DNA from: an uncultured Chthonomonadaceae bacterium | Lineage (GTDB): Bacteria > Armatimonadota > Chthonomonadetes > Chthonomonadales > Chthonomonadaceae | DNA length: 33,897 nucleotides | Assembly (NCBI GenBank): GCA_963835065.1 | Contig: CAWIEK010000004.1 | Location: 1 to 33,897, forward strand | Direction of reading: 5' to 3' | In this document: positions 8,387-16,459 of the stretch, piece after piece | Position numbering within the stretch: the first letter of the stretch is position 1 | How the letters are laid out: every line of letters begins with the position of its first letter | Made by a program: the position numbers and the translations under genes | Notes under the pieces: generated by a model | Databases searched by the model: none | Seen by the model: the letters and a program-made list of their open reading frames with translations, nothing else | What the model was told of the DNA's origin: nothing

Positions 8387-11300
8387 TTAAAATAGCTTCT
8401 TCAGCACGTCGGCGCAGATACGGCCCGCCACGCGCTTGCCATAGCCTCCATTTTCCACCACGCAGGCAAAGGCGTATTTCGGCACAGCGGGAAGCGCGGT
8501 ATTCGATAAGGGCGCGAAGCCGATGAACCACGAGTGCGGCTCCTTGTCGAACTGCTCGTTTTGCGCCGTGCCCGTTTTGCCGCCAACGGGTACGCGCAAA
8601 TCATCGAATACGCCCTCCGCCGTGCCGCTTTTGGTAACATTGTGCATCAGGTCACGCAGAATTTTGGCGGTTTCCGGCTTCATGCTTTGCGCAAGCAGTT
8701 GCGGCGCATAATCTTTTTTGCGCGTTTTGTCCCGCTCGTCCTTGCCCGGATCAACCAGTTCCGACACGAACCGCGCCTGCATCATCTGCCCGTTGTTGGC
8801 GACGGCGCAGGCTAATCGCGCCATTTCCAGCGGTGACGCCCACATCCGCCCCTGCCCGAAGCCGACATACGGCAAATCGGCGTCGAACGCGGCCTGTTTG
8901 GGGATGCGCCGAAAACCCATTTTTGTTGTCAGCGTGTCATGGAAAACATCAGGGTTGAGCGTTGAGGCCAGTGTTGCGAAATAGATGTTGCTGGACTGCA
9001 CAAAACCGCGTGGCATGGCAATCGTGCCGAACGACGGGTCGCCTTTATCATCGTGGATGCCGCGCACCGCATACGTTTTTCCATGCGCCTGCCACCGGAT
9101 CACGTCCGAGATGCGGTTGCAGGCAACGCGGAAATTAATGGCGTCTGGCTGCGCGTCCAGAGCGGTTGCCGCCGTCGCCACTTTCAGAGTCGAGCCGGGC
9201 GGGTACAGGCCATCTACGGCGCGATTGATGAGCGGGTGTTCCCGTTCCGCGTCCGGCCCGACAATCAGGCTGCGGTACAGTTCGGGTGTCAGGGCGTTGG
9301 GGTCAAAGGCCGGAAACGTCGCCGCGACAAGCACGTCCCCGGTTTGCGGCGACATCAGCACGAACGCGCCCCGGTCTTTGGGCTTGCGCGTGGTTTTGTC
9401 AATCAGTTTGCTTGCCGTTTTCGCCAGAATTTGCTGCACGTCGCGCTGCAAGTTGGCGTCAATGGTAAGATGCAGGTCATGTCCCTTCCGCGCCTGATAA
9501 CCCGGCAGGTTGCGGTTGCGGTAATCCGGCAATAAGTCAGCGAATTTCACATAGCCGCGTAGATCGTTGTTGTAGCCGCGCTCCATCATGCCGAACGGCC
9601 CGCCGGCAGTTGCATCCGCGTACCCGACAAGATGCGCCAGCGCCTCGCCATACGGATACAGTCTTGTCCGGCTGTCCACAAGCTGCGCCGCCCTTTCCGG
9701 CGCAATCTGCTTGATTTCTTCCGGGCGCGATGTTGCCAATACGCGGTTCGCTCGATCATAAATGCTGCCGCGCGGAATAGCGTTTGCCAAAGCGATCAGG
9801 CGCGGGTTCAGGTGCGGACGAACCACGCCATCTTTGTCCGGGGTGGCAATGGAGCGGAGCGCGGTTTCATTGGCCTGCCACAATTGCATCTGCCCCAACC
9901 GCCATGCGCCGACAACGCCAAGCAGCACACCCGTCAAGGCAAACCCGAACGTTCGCGCCGCCCGCGCCACTTCTTTATTAGGTTCCGGGCGAGCTTCCCT
10001 GCCGGGCGCGGGCGCGGAAATAGCCCGCAGCAATCCGATCAAAATAGCATCCGCGACTAATGCGCTGTTGCCATAGGACAAAAACGGCAGGGCAATGCCC
10101 GTTAATGGGAATAAGCCGGTCACGCCGCACAAAATCAGCGCGGTTTGCAGGCCGAGTAAGGCAGTCAGGCCGAACGCAAGCGCGCGGTCCATGTCCGATT
10201 GGGCGCGAAGGGCAATCCGCAGACCGCGCCACACCAGACACGCAAACACAACCAGGGCAAGCCACGCCCCCAACAATCCGGTTTCTTCCGACCAACTGAT
10301 AAACGCCAGATCGTCCTGACCGCGCGGCAGCAGGTTTGGCATCCCCAACCCCAGTCCGCTGCCTTCCCAGCCGCCCGACGCCAGCGCCCAATACGCCTGC
10401 CCCAACTGCATCCCATTCGGGTGCGCGTTGGCGAACGGATGCAGCCACATATCCACCCGCGTCCCAAACACGCCGACGTGCCGCGCATAGCCAAGATACC
10501 CGCCCAGCACCATCAGCGCAATGCCGATTACGACAAAACTGCCTTTGCCCGTCGTGAGATACAAAACTGCGATAAACGTGGCGAACAGCAATAATCCCGG
10601 CCCCATATCTTTAATGACCAGAAACATCACTAAGGCCAGCGCGAACATCACCACAACCGGCCCCAAATCCTGTCGGCGCGGCAGGGAGAACGCGAACAGG
10701 GGCTTGCCGTCCGATTTCCGCAAACTGTTGAGCATGGGCGGCGTATACGCGCTCGCCGCATCCGCAATCAACCCGGCGCGTTCCGACAAATACCCGGCGA
10801 TAAAGAAAACGAGCATCAATTTGATGGCTTCCACAGGCTGGAAAAATCCGAACAAGTTCAGCTTCACGCCCTCCGGCCCCCTGCCGAACACATACAGCAT
10901 CGCCACCAATACCAATGACGCAAGCACCCAAACGTACTGAACGCGCCGTATCTTCTGCCGTCCAAGCGGCGTCAAACGAGCCGCGAAAGTGAGCGCCACC
11001 AACGCTAAAACAAGCCCCTGCGCGTGATGCCGATACGCCATCGCCTCGCGCAACGGGTCTTTCAGGCTGAACAGCATCACCACGCCACACCCGCACAACA
11101 GCAAGGTCAGGGGCAGCAAAAACGGGTCGCCACCCACCCGCGCCTTTTGCCGCAGCCACGCGGGCAGCACAAAAACCGCCAACAGCAGCAAGCCGGCCAC
11201 CAGAACATACGAGCGAAACACCTGCGCGGGATGCCGCACGACAACGCGGCTTTCCACAACCCGCGCCGCTTCAGCATCCAGAAGATGGCTGAGGGTTGAG

Positions 11301-11686
11301 GGAGAAGACAATGATGAGTGATGAGTGATGAGTGATGAATGAGAATCTGATTCATCATTCATCATTCCGCGTTCAGCATTGTCCTTTGTTTCCTCGCCAG
11401 AACGTTGGCGCAACGCAAGTATTTGCCCTACGCTCTCGAAACCGTTGCGGCGGGCGCGTTCTGCCATTAGACGCTGCGCAATCGTTTTGTCAATGCCGAG
11501 CGCGCCTGTCAGCGTTTCCGCCGTCACGTCGCTGTCATTAATATAAACAGGGTTGGCAGGAAGCGGTACGGCGGTTTTGGCAAAGTACGTCAGCAGTAAA
11601 AGCGGAAACAGAAGCATCATCACCAACAGGCAAACGATACCCTCGGTTCTGGCTTCGGTATTGCGGCTGCGATCACGGAAAGACAC
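8387..11686 (-). CDS. Fusion of a ComEA-like helix-hairpin-helix domain, a FtsW/RodA/SpoVE (SEDS) glycosyltransferase and a class B PBP transpeptidase
   Basis: HhH: VYIND...LGIDKTIAQRLMAERARRNGFESVGQI. SEDS: FQPVEAIK, KDMG, LPFLSYGNS. PBP: PRGSIYDR, PGSTLK (SxxK), SSN (SxN) and KTGTA. All lie in one uninterrupted 1099-aa frame. Confidence 0.93.
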   Translation of the reverse strand: MSFRDRSRNTEARTEGIVCLLVMMLLFPLLLLTYFAKTAVPLPANPVYINDSDVTAETLTGALGIDKTIAQRLMAERARRNGFESVGQILALRQRSGEETKDNAERGMMNDESDSHSSLITHHSSLSSPSTLSHLLDAEAARVVESRVVVRHPAQVFRSYVLVAGLLLLAVFVLPAWLRQKARVGGDPFLLPLTLLLCGCGVVMLFSLKDPLREAMAYRHHAQGLVLALVALTFAARLTPLGRQKIRRVQYVWVLASLVLVAMLYVFGRGPEGVKLNLFGFFQPVEAIKLMLVFFIAGYLSERAGLIADAASAYTPPMLNSLRKSDGKPLFAFSLPRRQDLGPVVVMFALALVMFLVIKDMGPGLLLFATFIAVLYLTTGKGSFVVIGIALMVLGGYLGYARHVGVFGTRVDMWLHPFANAHPNGMQLGQAYWALASGGWEGSGLGLGMPNLLPRGQDDLAFISWSEETGLLGAWLALVVFACLVWRGLRIALRAQSDMDRALAFGLTALLGLQTALILCGVTGLFPLTGIALPFLSYGNSALVADAILIGLLRAISAPAPGREARPEPNKEVARAARTFGFALTGVLLGVVGAWRLGQMQLWQANETALRSIATPDKDGVVRPHLNPRLIALANAIPRGSIYDRANRVLATSRPEEIKQIAPERAAQLVDSRTRLYPYGEALAHLVGYADATAGGPFGMMERGYNNDLRGYVKFADLLPDYRNRNLPGYQARKGHDLHLTIDANLQRDVQQILAKTASKLIDKTTRKPKDRGAFVLMSPQTGDVLVAATFPAFDPNALTPELYRSLIVGPDAEREHPLINRAVDGLYPPGSTLKVATAATALDAQPDAINFRVACNRISDVIRWQAHGKTYAVRGIHDDKGDPSFGTIAMPRGFVQSSNIYFATLASTLNPDVFHDTLTTKMGFRRIPKQAAFDADLPYVGFGQGRMWASPLEMARLACAVANNGQMMQARFVSELVDPGKDERDKTRKKDYAPQLLAQSMKPETAKILRDLMHNVTKSGTAEGVFDDLRVPVGGKTGTAQNEQFDKEPHSWFIGFAPLSNTALPAVPKYAFACVVENGGYGKRVAGRICADVLKKLF
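11290..11395. repeat. TGATGAG/TGATGAA heptamer hairpin element (family B, copy 1), in frame inside the SEDS-PBP gene
   Basis: A 34-bp imperfect stem (11307-11340 with 11350-11383) closes a 9-nt loop. It is translated as DNAERGMMNDESDSHSSLITHHSSLS. Confidence 0.88.
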
Positions 11687-11710
11687 GGGGGCAGGACTCC
11701 TCAGTAGGAT

Positions 11711-11837
11711 GGTGTTCAGGTATTCGGGTGTTCAGGTGTTCAGACAGATTGCTTTACGCTTCTACACAAACATTGGCTTCGGGAGAAACATTGTTCCTGA
11801 ATACCAAATACCTGAATACCCGAACACCTGAATACCT
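11711..11837. repeat. GGTRTTCA octamer hairpin element (family C) upstream of the SEDS-PBP gene
   Basis: GGTGTTCAGGTATTCGGGTGTTCAGGTGTTCAG is inverted against CCTGAATACCAAATACCTGAATACCCGAACACCTGAATACC. Confidence 0.85.
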
Positions 11838-11979
11838 GTGGTACGTGACGAAGTGGGAAATGGCTTCACCAACTTGCGGCTGCGCCAAACGCAAAATCAC
11901 GCGGGGCATCAAAGAAGATTACCCGCGTGATAAACAGTAAGTGCATTTTGTGTCAGTCAAAGCAACCGCAAAAGAACGT

Positions 11980-12009
11980 TGTAGGGGCGCAATTTATTGC
12001 GCCCCTACA
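11980..12009. repeat. GTAG-type REP-like palindrome
   Basis: TGTAGGGGCGCAAT-TT-ATTGCGCCCCTACA has perfect 14-bp arms and lies downstream of secG. Confidence 0.75.
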
Positions 12010-12055
12010 TTATTGTTGCTCAAAATACCCGCGCCCTTGTTACCATCTCTGCTAT

Positions 12056-12295
12056 CTACGCATGGGACACAATCGCCAGCAGGACGCACAGCACCAGAAA
12101 CGTGATGCTGATATTGCGCGTGACCAAATTCAGTTTTTCCTCGCGCCCGGCCTTGCCCTTGAACGCCGAAGTCGCCGCCGTGCCGATCTGTCCCTGCAAG
12201 CCGTCGTTCTTGCTTTCCTGCATCGTCACCACGCCAATCAAAGCGATGGCGACAAAAAAGGTAATAATACTAAGCAGTATATTCAAAACGTGCAT
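12056..12295 (-). CDS. secG: Preprotein translocase subunit SecG
   Basis: Two TM helices flank VTMQESKNDGLQGQIG...FKGKAGREEKLNLVT. An alternative ATG lies at 12307. Confidence 0.9.
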   Translation of the reverse strand: MHVLNILLSIITFFVAIALIGVVTMQESKNDGLQGQIGTAATSAFKGKAGREEKLNLVTRNISITFLVLCVLLAIVSHA

Positions 12296-12322
12296 GTCCG
12301 TACTCATTCTCCCAGTTACAGA

Positions 12323-12417
12323 GGGTGTCGGGTGTTGGGGCAATGTAAGACTGCCAGAATTTACTTCAATGCAGTAAGTAGTCCATCCGACACCCGATAC
12401 CTAACACCCGAACACCG
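12323..12417. repeat. GGTGTCG/CGACACC heptamer hairpin element (family D)
   Basis: GGGTGTCGGGTGTTGGG is inverted against CCGACACCCGATACCTAACACCCGAACACC, between tatA and secG. Confidence 0.75.
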
Positions 12418-12425
12418 ACTTAAAT

Positions 12426-12662
12426 CTACTTGCCCGCGCGCATTTCTTCTTCCACGCGGCGGCGGATTTCCGCTTCGCGCTCACGCTCTTTGCGCAACTC
12501 GTCGTCTTCCGGCGGAGTTTTCAAGCCTTCCTCGAAGGCGCGTTTGCCCTGACCGATGCCCCGCATCAGTTCGGGGATTTTCTGACCGCCGAACAGCACG
12601 AGAACCACCACGACCAGCAAAATGATGGCGGTGGGATTATTGTAAAAAGCGAGTGGAACCAT
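12426..12662 (-). CDS. tatA: Twin-arginine translocase TatA/TatE family subunit
   Basis: A TM helix is followed by LFGGQKIPELMRGIGQGKRAFEEG. The RBS is AAGGAGG. Confidence 0.92.
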   Translation of the reverse strand: MVPLAFYNNPTAIILLVVVVLVLFGGQKIPELMRGIGQGKRAFEEGLKTPPEDDELRKEREREAEIRRRVEEEMRAGK

Positions 12663-12756
12663 TCTAACAACCTCCTTCAGCGGCGCGTTTCCGGCGGCCA
12701 ATCGTTGCCCGTTCGCAGCCTGCGCAACGCAAATTTTGCAGGCGCGGCTTGCGCGG

Positions 12757-12945
12757 CTACTTTACCCCTGTACGCGCTTCTTTCTCCGCTGGAGTTTCTT
12801 TCATACCATCCTCGAACGCTCTTTTGCCCTGACCGATGCTGCGCATCAGTTCGGGGATTTTCTGGCTGCCGAAAAGCAGCACCACAACCAGCAGCAAGAT
12901 AATCAAGCCTGCCGGGTTATTCATAATGTTCGAGAGAGTGTACAT
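12757..12945 (-). CDS. tatA: Twin-arginine translocase TatA/TatE family subunit (second paralog)
   Basis: It contains LFGSQKIPELMRSIGQGKRAFEDG, and its DNA is similar to the adjacent copy. Confidence 0.9.
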   Translation of the reverse strand: MYTLSNIMNNPAGLIILLLVVVLLFGSQKIPELMRSIGQGKRAFEDGMKETPAEKEARTGVK

Positions 12946-13018
12946 TCGAGATCATCTCCTTGAGAAAAGGGGCCGTCCACGCGGCATAACTGAGAACAAA
13001 CAAAAACACATGCGAGTG

Positions 13019-13528
13019 TCAGGATTCGCGCGCAGACACGCCTTCCACAGCGGGGCTGCTTGCCTGTACGCTGCTCGAAGCGCTGGAAATTCCCGCAGCG
13101 GGAGTGGCATACGCCGATGCGCCACCATGCGCAGGCGCGGCGCTTGCTCCGTACCCGTATTCGCTGCCCGCGTCCGACAACGCGGACGCGGCAAAATCAC
13201 CGTGTACAGGTTCACTGGAAGACGCGGCGGTCAGCGATTTGGTTTCGGAGGCGGGCTGCCATACATCGGCTTCCGGTACGCTTGGCGTCGTGTCCGTACT
13301 CGCAGTCGGATTGCCATAACTGTCGTAATGCGGCGGATCGTAATTCTGGTCGTACTTGTGATGGTCCAGATTAAACGAGTCCTGTAACTCCCCGGTGGTA
13401 CGCTTGAGTTCGCGCAACGCGCGGCCAATTTGTCCGGCGATTTCCGGCAGTTTTTGCGGCCCAAAGACAATCAAGATCACGACCGCCGCCAGCATCAATT
13501 GTATTGGACTGTCTATAAAAGCGAGCAT
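13019..13528 (-). CDS. tatB: TatB-like (TatA/B family) subunit with a long low-complexity tail
   Basis: It contains VFGPQKLPEIAGQIGRALRELKR and a Ser/Ala/Pro-rich C-terminus. Confidence 0.8.
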   Translation of the reverse strand: MLAFIDSPIQLMLAAVVILIVFGPQKLPEIAGQIGRALRELKRTTGELQDSFNLDHHKYDQNYDPPHYDSYGNPTASTDTTPSVPEADVWQPASETKSLTAASSSEPVHGDFAASALSDAGSEYGYGASAAPAHGGASAYATPAAGISSASSSVQASSPAVEGVSARES

Positions 13529-14463
13529 AACGATACCTTTTCTGCCAGTGTGAAAATCTGTTCGCGGGTACAGAACCCGGCTCCAATCACGGAAGCGTTG
13601 GCTGCGCCTGCCCCGGTTGCCAGTCGCAGCGCGTATTCCGGGTCGGCGGGATGGTCGCTGTGCAGCCATGCCCACAGGAACGCGGCTAAAAACGAATCGC
13701 CGGACGCTACCGCGCTTGCAAACTCAATGGACGGCGGCGTGGACTGCCAGGTTTCACCTTGCAACACGAGCGCTGCGCCTGCCGCGCCCAGCGTTACGGC
13801 CATTACGTCTATAGTATACTCCCTGCAAAGGGTTTGCGCGGCTTTAATTGCGGCTTGCGGCGTATCAATCGAAACTTGCAGCAGGGTTTCCAGTTCGGAA
13901 CGGTTCGGCTTGACCATCCAGGGACTAGCGCGTATCCCCTCCCGCAATGCCGCGCCGCTCGAATCCAGCACGGCGCGAACCCCGGCATTGCGGCAAATAC
14001 CGATCAAATCCGCATACAGGGTATCCGGCGCGTCGGGCGGCAGACTGCCACTTAATACGACAAAGCGAAAGGGCGTTTGTGACAACAGACGCTCCACGCG
14101 CCGTAAAAGTTCGCGTATGTAGCGTTTCCCGATGGACGGGCCGCGCTCGTTGATTTCCGTTTGTGTGCCTGTTTGCGAGTCAATCACGGCGATACACACC
14201 CGTGATTCCCCCGGAACGCGCACAAATTGGTTGGCAATGTTCTCCTGCGTCAAAGCCCGCGCCACAGTACGCCCGTTATTGCCGCCTAAAAACCCGGTGG
14301 CAACCGCCTGCCCGCCAAGCGTCTGGTACACGCGGGCCACATTGATGCCTTTGCCCCCGGCAACCGTCAATTCCTGCTGAGGACGATTCACGCGATCTAT
14401 GTGAAAGCCGTCCACGCGATACGTCTTGTCAACGCAGGCATTGGGCGTCACCGTTAAAATCAA
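13513..14463 (-). CDS. 1-phosphofructokinase family hexose kinase (PfkB family)
   Basis: Motifs ILTVTPNACVD, AGGKGINVARV, LSGSLP, KPNRSEL and AVASGDSF are present. Confidence 0.93.
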   Translation of the reverse strand: MILTVTPNACVDKTYRVDGFHIDRVNRPQQELTVAGGKGINVARVYQTLGGQAVATGFLGGNNGRTVARALTQENIANQFVRVPGESRVCIAVIDSQTGTQTEINERGPSIGKRYIRELLRRVERLLSQTPFRFVVLSGSLPPDAPDTLYADLIGICRNAGVRAVLDSSGAALREGIRASPWMVKPNRSELETLLQVSIDTPQAAIKAAQTLCREYTIDVMAVTLGAAGAALVLQGETWQSTPPSIEFASAVASGDSFLAAFLWAWLHSDHPADPEYALRLATGAGAANASVIGAGFCTREQIFTLAEKVSLCSLL

Positions 14464-14498
14464 AATGGTTTATCCCTAAAGTTTGTCCATCCGCAGAC

Positions 14499-14527
14499 TT
14501 GACAAATTGTACCATAGGCCGCATAAT
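14499..14527 (+). promoter_or_regulatory. sigma70 promoter for the tRNA
   Basis: TTGACA (14499-14504), a 17-bp spacer and CATAAT (14522-14527). Confidence 0.7.
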
Positions 14528-14584
14528 ATATCAACTTAAATGGACGGAGAAAACCTTCTTCACTTCTCCTTCATTAAAGAGCTT

Positions 14585-14667
14585 GCCCAGGTGGTGAAAT
14601 GGCAGACACGCTGGCTTCAGGTGCCAGTGCTCGCAAGGGCGTGGAGGTTCGACTCCTCTCTTGGGCA
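14585..14667 (+). tRNA. tRNA-Leu (anticodon CAG); CCA not encoded
   Basis: Acceptor stem GCCCAGG/CTTGGGC, anticodon arm CTGGC-TTCAGGT-GCCAG, long variable arm and T arm GGAGGTTCGACTCCTCT. Confidence 0.97.
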
Positions 14668-14702
14668 TTTTCTATAACAAGTTTTCTACAACAGAATGGT
14701 TC

Positions 14703-14742
14703 GCAAACATCAGCCGGTCACTTGACCGGCTGTTTGCTTTTT
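14703..14742 (+). terminator. Intrinsic terminator after the tRNA
   Basis: The hairpin CAGCCGGTCA-CT-TGACCGGCTG is followed by TTTGCTTTTT. Confidence 0.8.
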
Positions 14743-14924
14743 CAACATTTCTTCCCAACATTCCCGACAACCTTTCTGTTTTCCCTGCGTAGTTTGTGTA
14801 GCCATAGCAACCGGCTGCCCGTATTTACCTTAACAGCGCGGCTTTCTTCCATCAGCAGAATCGCGCTGCCTCTTCCCGGCATGTTCCTGCCGGAAGCACA
14901 TCTCGCAAATCTTTACATTCAGAG

Positions 14925-14982
14925 TTTATCCCAACAGGTCCCCCTTCTGCTAATTTGTGGAGAAAGGGTCAGGGTTGAGGGC
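14925..14982. repeat. CCCCTTCT...AGAAGGGG...GGGTTGAGGGC palindromic repeat (family H, copy 1)
   Basis: It is similar to the reverse complement of 25639-25690 and to 29497-29551. Confidence 0.7.
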
Positions 14983-15043
14983 CATCAGGGATAGGCTCTA
15001 AAGGCTGTTTGAAGGCTATTGGCCGGAAAGGCAACAGACTCCC

Positions 15044-16227
15044 ATGAACTCTGCTCCTCCTTTGAACTCGGTTCCGCTGCGCAGACTGATTCGCAGGCAT
15101 GGCAACCTGGGCTATCTTCTTGTCGGCTTTTACCTCGCGGGGTACTGGCTGTACCATTTCAAGCGCCGTCAAACCATCGCCATTCTCACGCTGGCAATGG
15201 CGGCGGGAGCCTTCACGCTCTGGACAGGTCCGTACCGCCTGTCGCATGGCAATACACAGACGCCAACGGGTATCCGCGCCGCCTACAAAATTACCGATCT
15301 TGGCATCGTTTCGGGCTATGAATACAGCTTTGGCGAGGCTATCAACAACAAAGGCCAGGTTGCGGGCGATATTGCCGACGAAGAATTTGAAACCATGCAC
15401 GGCTTTTTCCACTCCGGCAATAAAATGTCCGACATGGGCACATTGGGTGGTGAAATAAGCCTCGCTTTCGGCATCAATGACAACGGGCAGGTCGTTGGCA
15501 TTGGCGATACCCGTGAAGGCGAGATTCGCGGCTTCGTGTGGCAGAACGGCAAAATGACCCGTATCGGCACATTTGGCGGGCAGATCAGCGTGGCGCAAGG
15601 CATCAACAACAAGGGCGAAGTGGTCGGCGTTGCCGCTACGTCGTCCGGCCAGGGCCATGCGTTTGTGTGGAAGGACGGCAGCCTCCGCGACATCAGCGGC
15701 AAATGCCCCGGACGAGTTCAACAGCGCCACCGCCATCAACGACAACAGCGATATTGCCGGCATTTTCTCGGCGGACGGCAGAACCGTTCAGTCGTTTGTG
15801 TTGAGCGGCAACAAATCCCGGCCCATCCCAACGCTTGGCGGCGACTTTGCCATTCGCAGCCTGCATCAGCAACAAGGCGCATGTGGTCGGCTACAGCAAT
15901 CTCAAGCCCGGCGATTTCGATGTGATACACGGCTTTGCGTGGCAGCCCGGCGGCATCAAGGATTTGGGCACGTTAGGCGGCGACAGCAGCGTGGCGTATG
16001 GCGTCAACAGCAGTGGGCAAATCGTTGGCGGCGCGGAAACGACCGGCGGCATGTTTCACGCGACCACATGGAAGAACGGCACAATCACCGACCTCAACAA
16101 ACTCATTCCTGCCGGTTCCGTCTGGGAGTTGGTCGTGGCAAGCGGCATCAACGAGCGCGGCCAGATTACGGGTACGGGCGTCGTCGGGAACACCATTCAT
16201 GCTTTCCTGCTGACGCCGCAGGATTGA
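15044..16227 (+). CDS. Extracellular HAF-repeat protein with two frameshifts (about 15705 and 15855)
   Basis: Repeats of the type DLGTLGG..S.A.GIN..GQVVG...HAF.W continue across ORFs 15044..15925, 15573..16265 and 15835..16227 and end HAFLLTP. Confidence 0.85.
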
Positions 16228-16266
16228 CACGCCATCCATCTTTTCAATCGGCATCAAATGCATAAT

Positions 16267-16455
16267 AAACCGCGAAACACGCGAAATAAACGAAAAGAAG
16301 ACGAAAACAAAAATGCAAATCACGGAGAACACGGATAAAGCCATCAAAAGGCGAGTCCTGCCTGTTGGGTAATCCTGTTCAATACTTCTAATCCTGTTAA
16401 TCCCATCTATTTCCTTTTTGTCTTTTTTTCGTTTATTTCGCGTGTTTCGCGGTTT
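16267..16455. repeat. MITE-like element with perfect 30-bp terminal inverted repeats built from CGCGAAA-containing units (family F)
   Basis: AAACCGCGAAACACGCGAAATAAACGAAAA (16267-16296) is the exact reverse complement of 16426-16455. It lies between convergent genes. Confidence 0.85.
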
Positions 16456-16459
16456 TACC

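Noticed and set aside
14795..14870. Minus-strand AAAGCCGCG...TAAGG...GGCAGCCGGTTGC, resembling the 3' half of a c-di-GMP-I riboswitch
   Set aside because: The GGCAAA and GNRA-tetraloop 5' half is missing, and it points at the tRNA terminator rather than a CDS.
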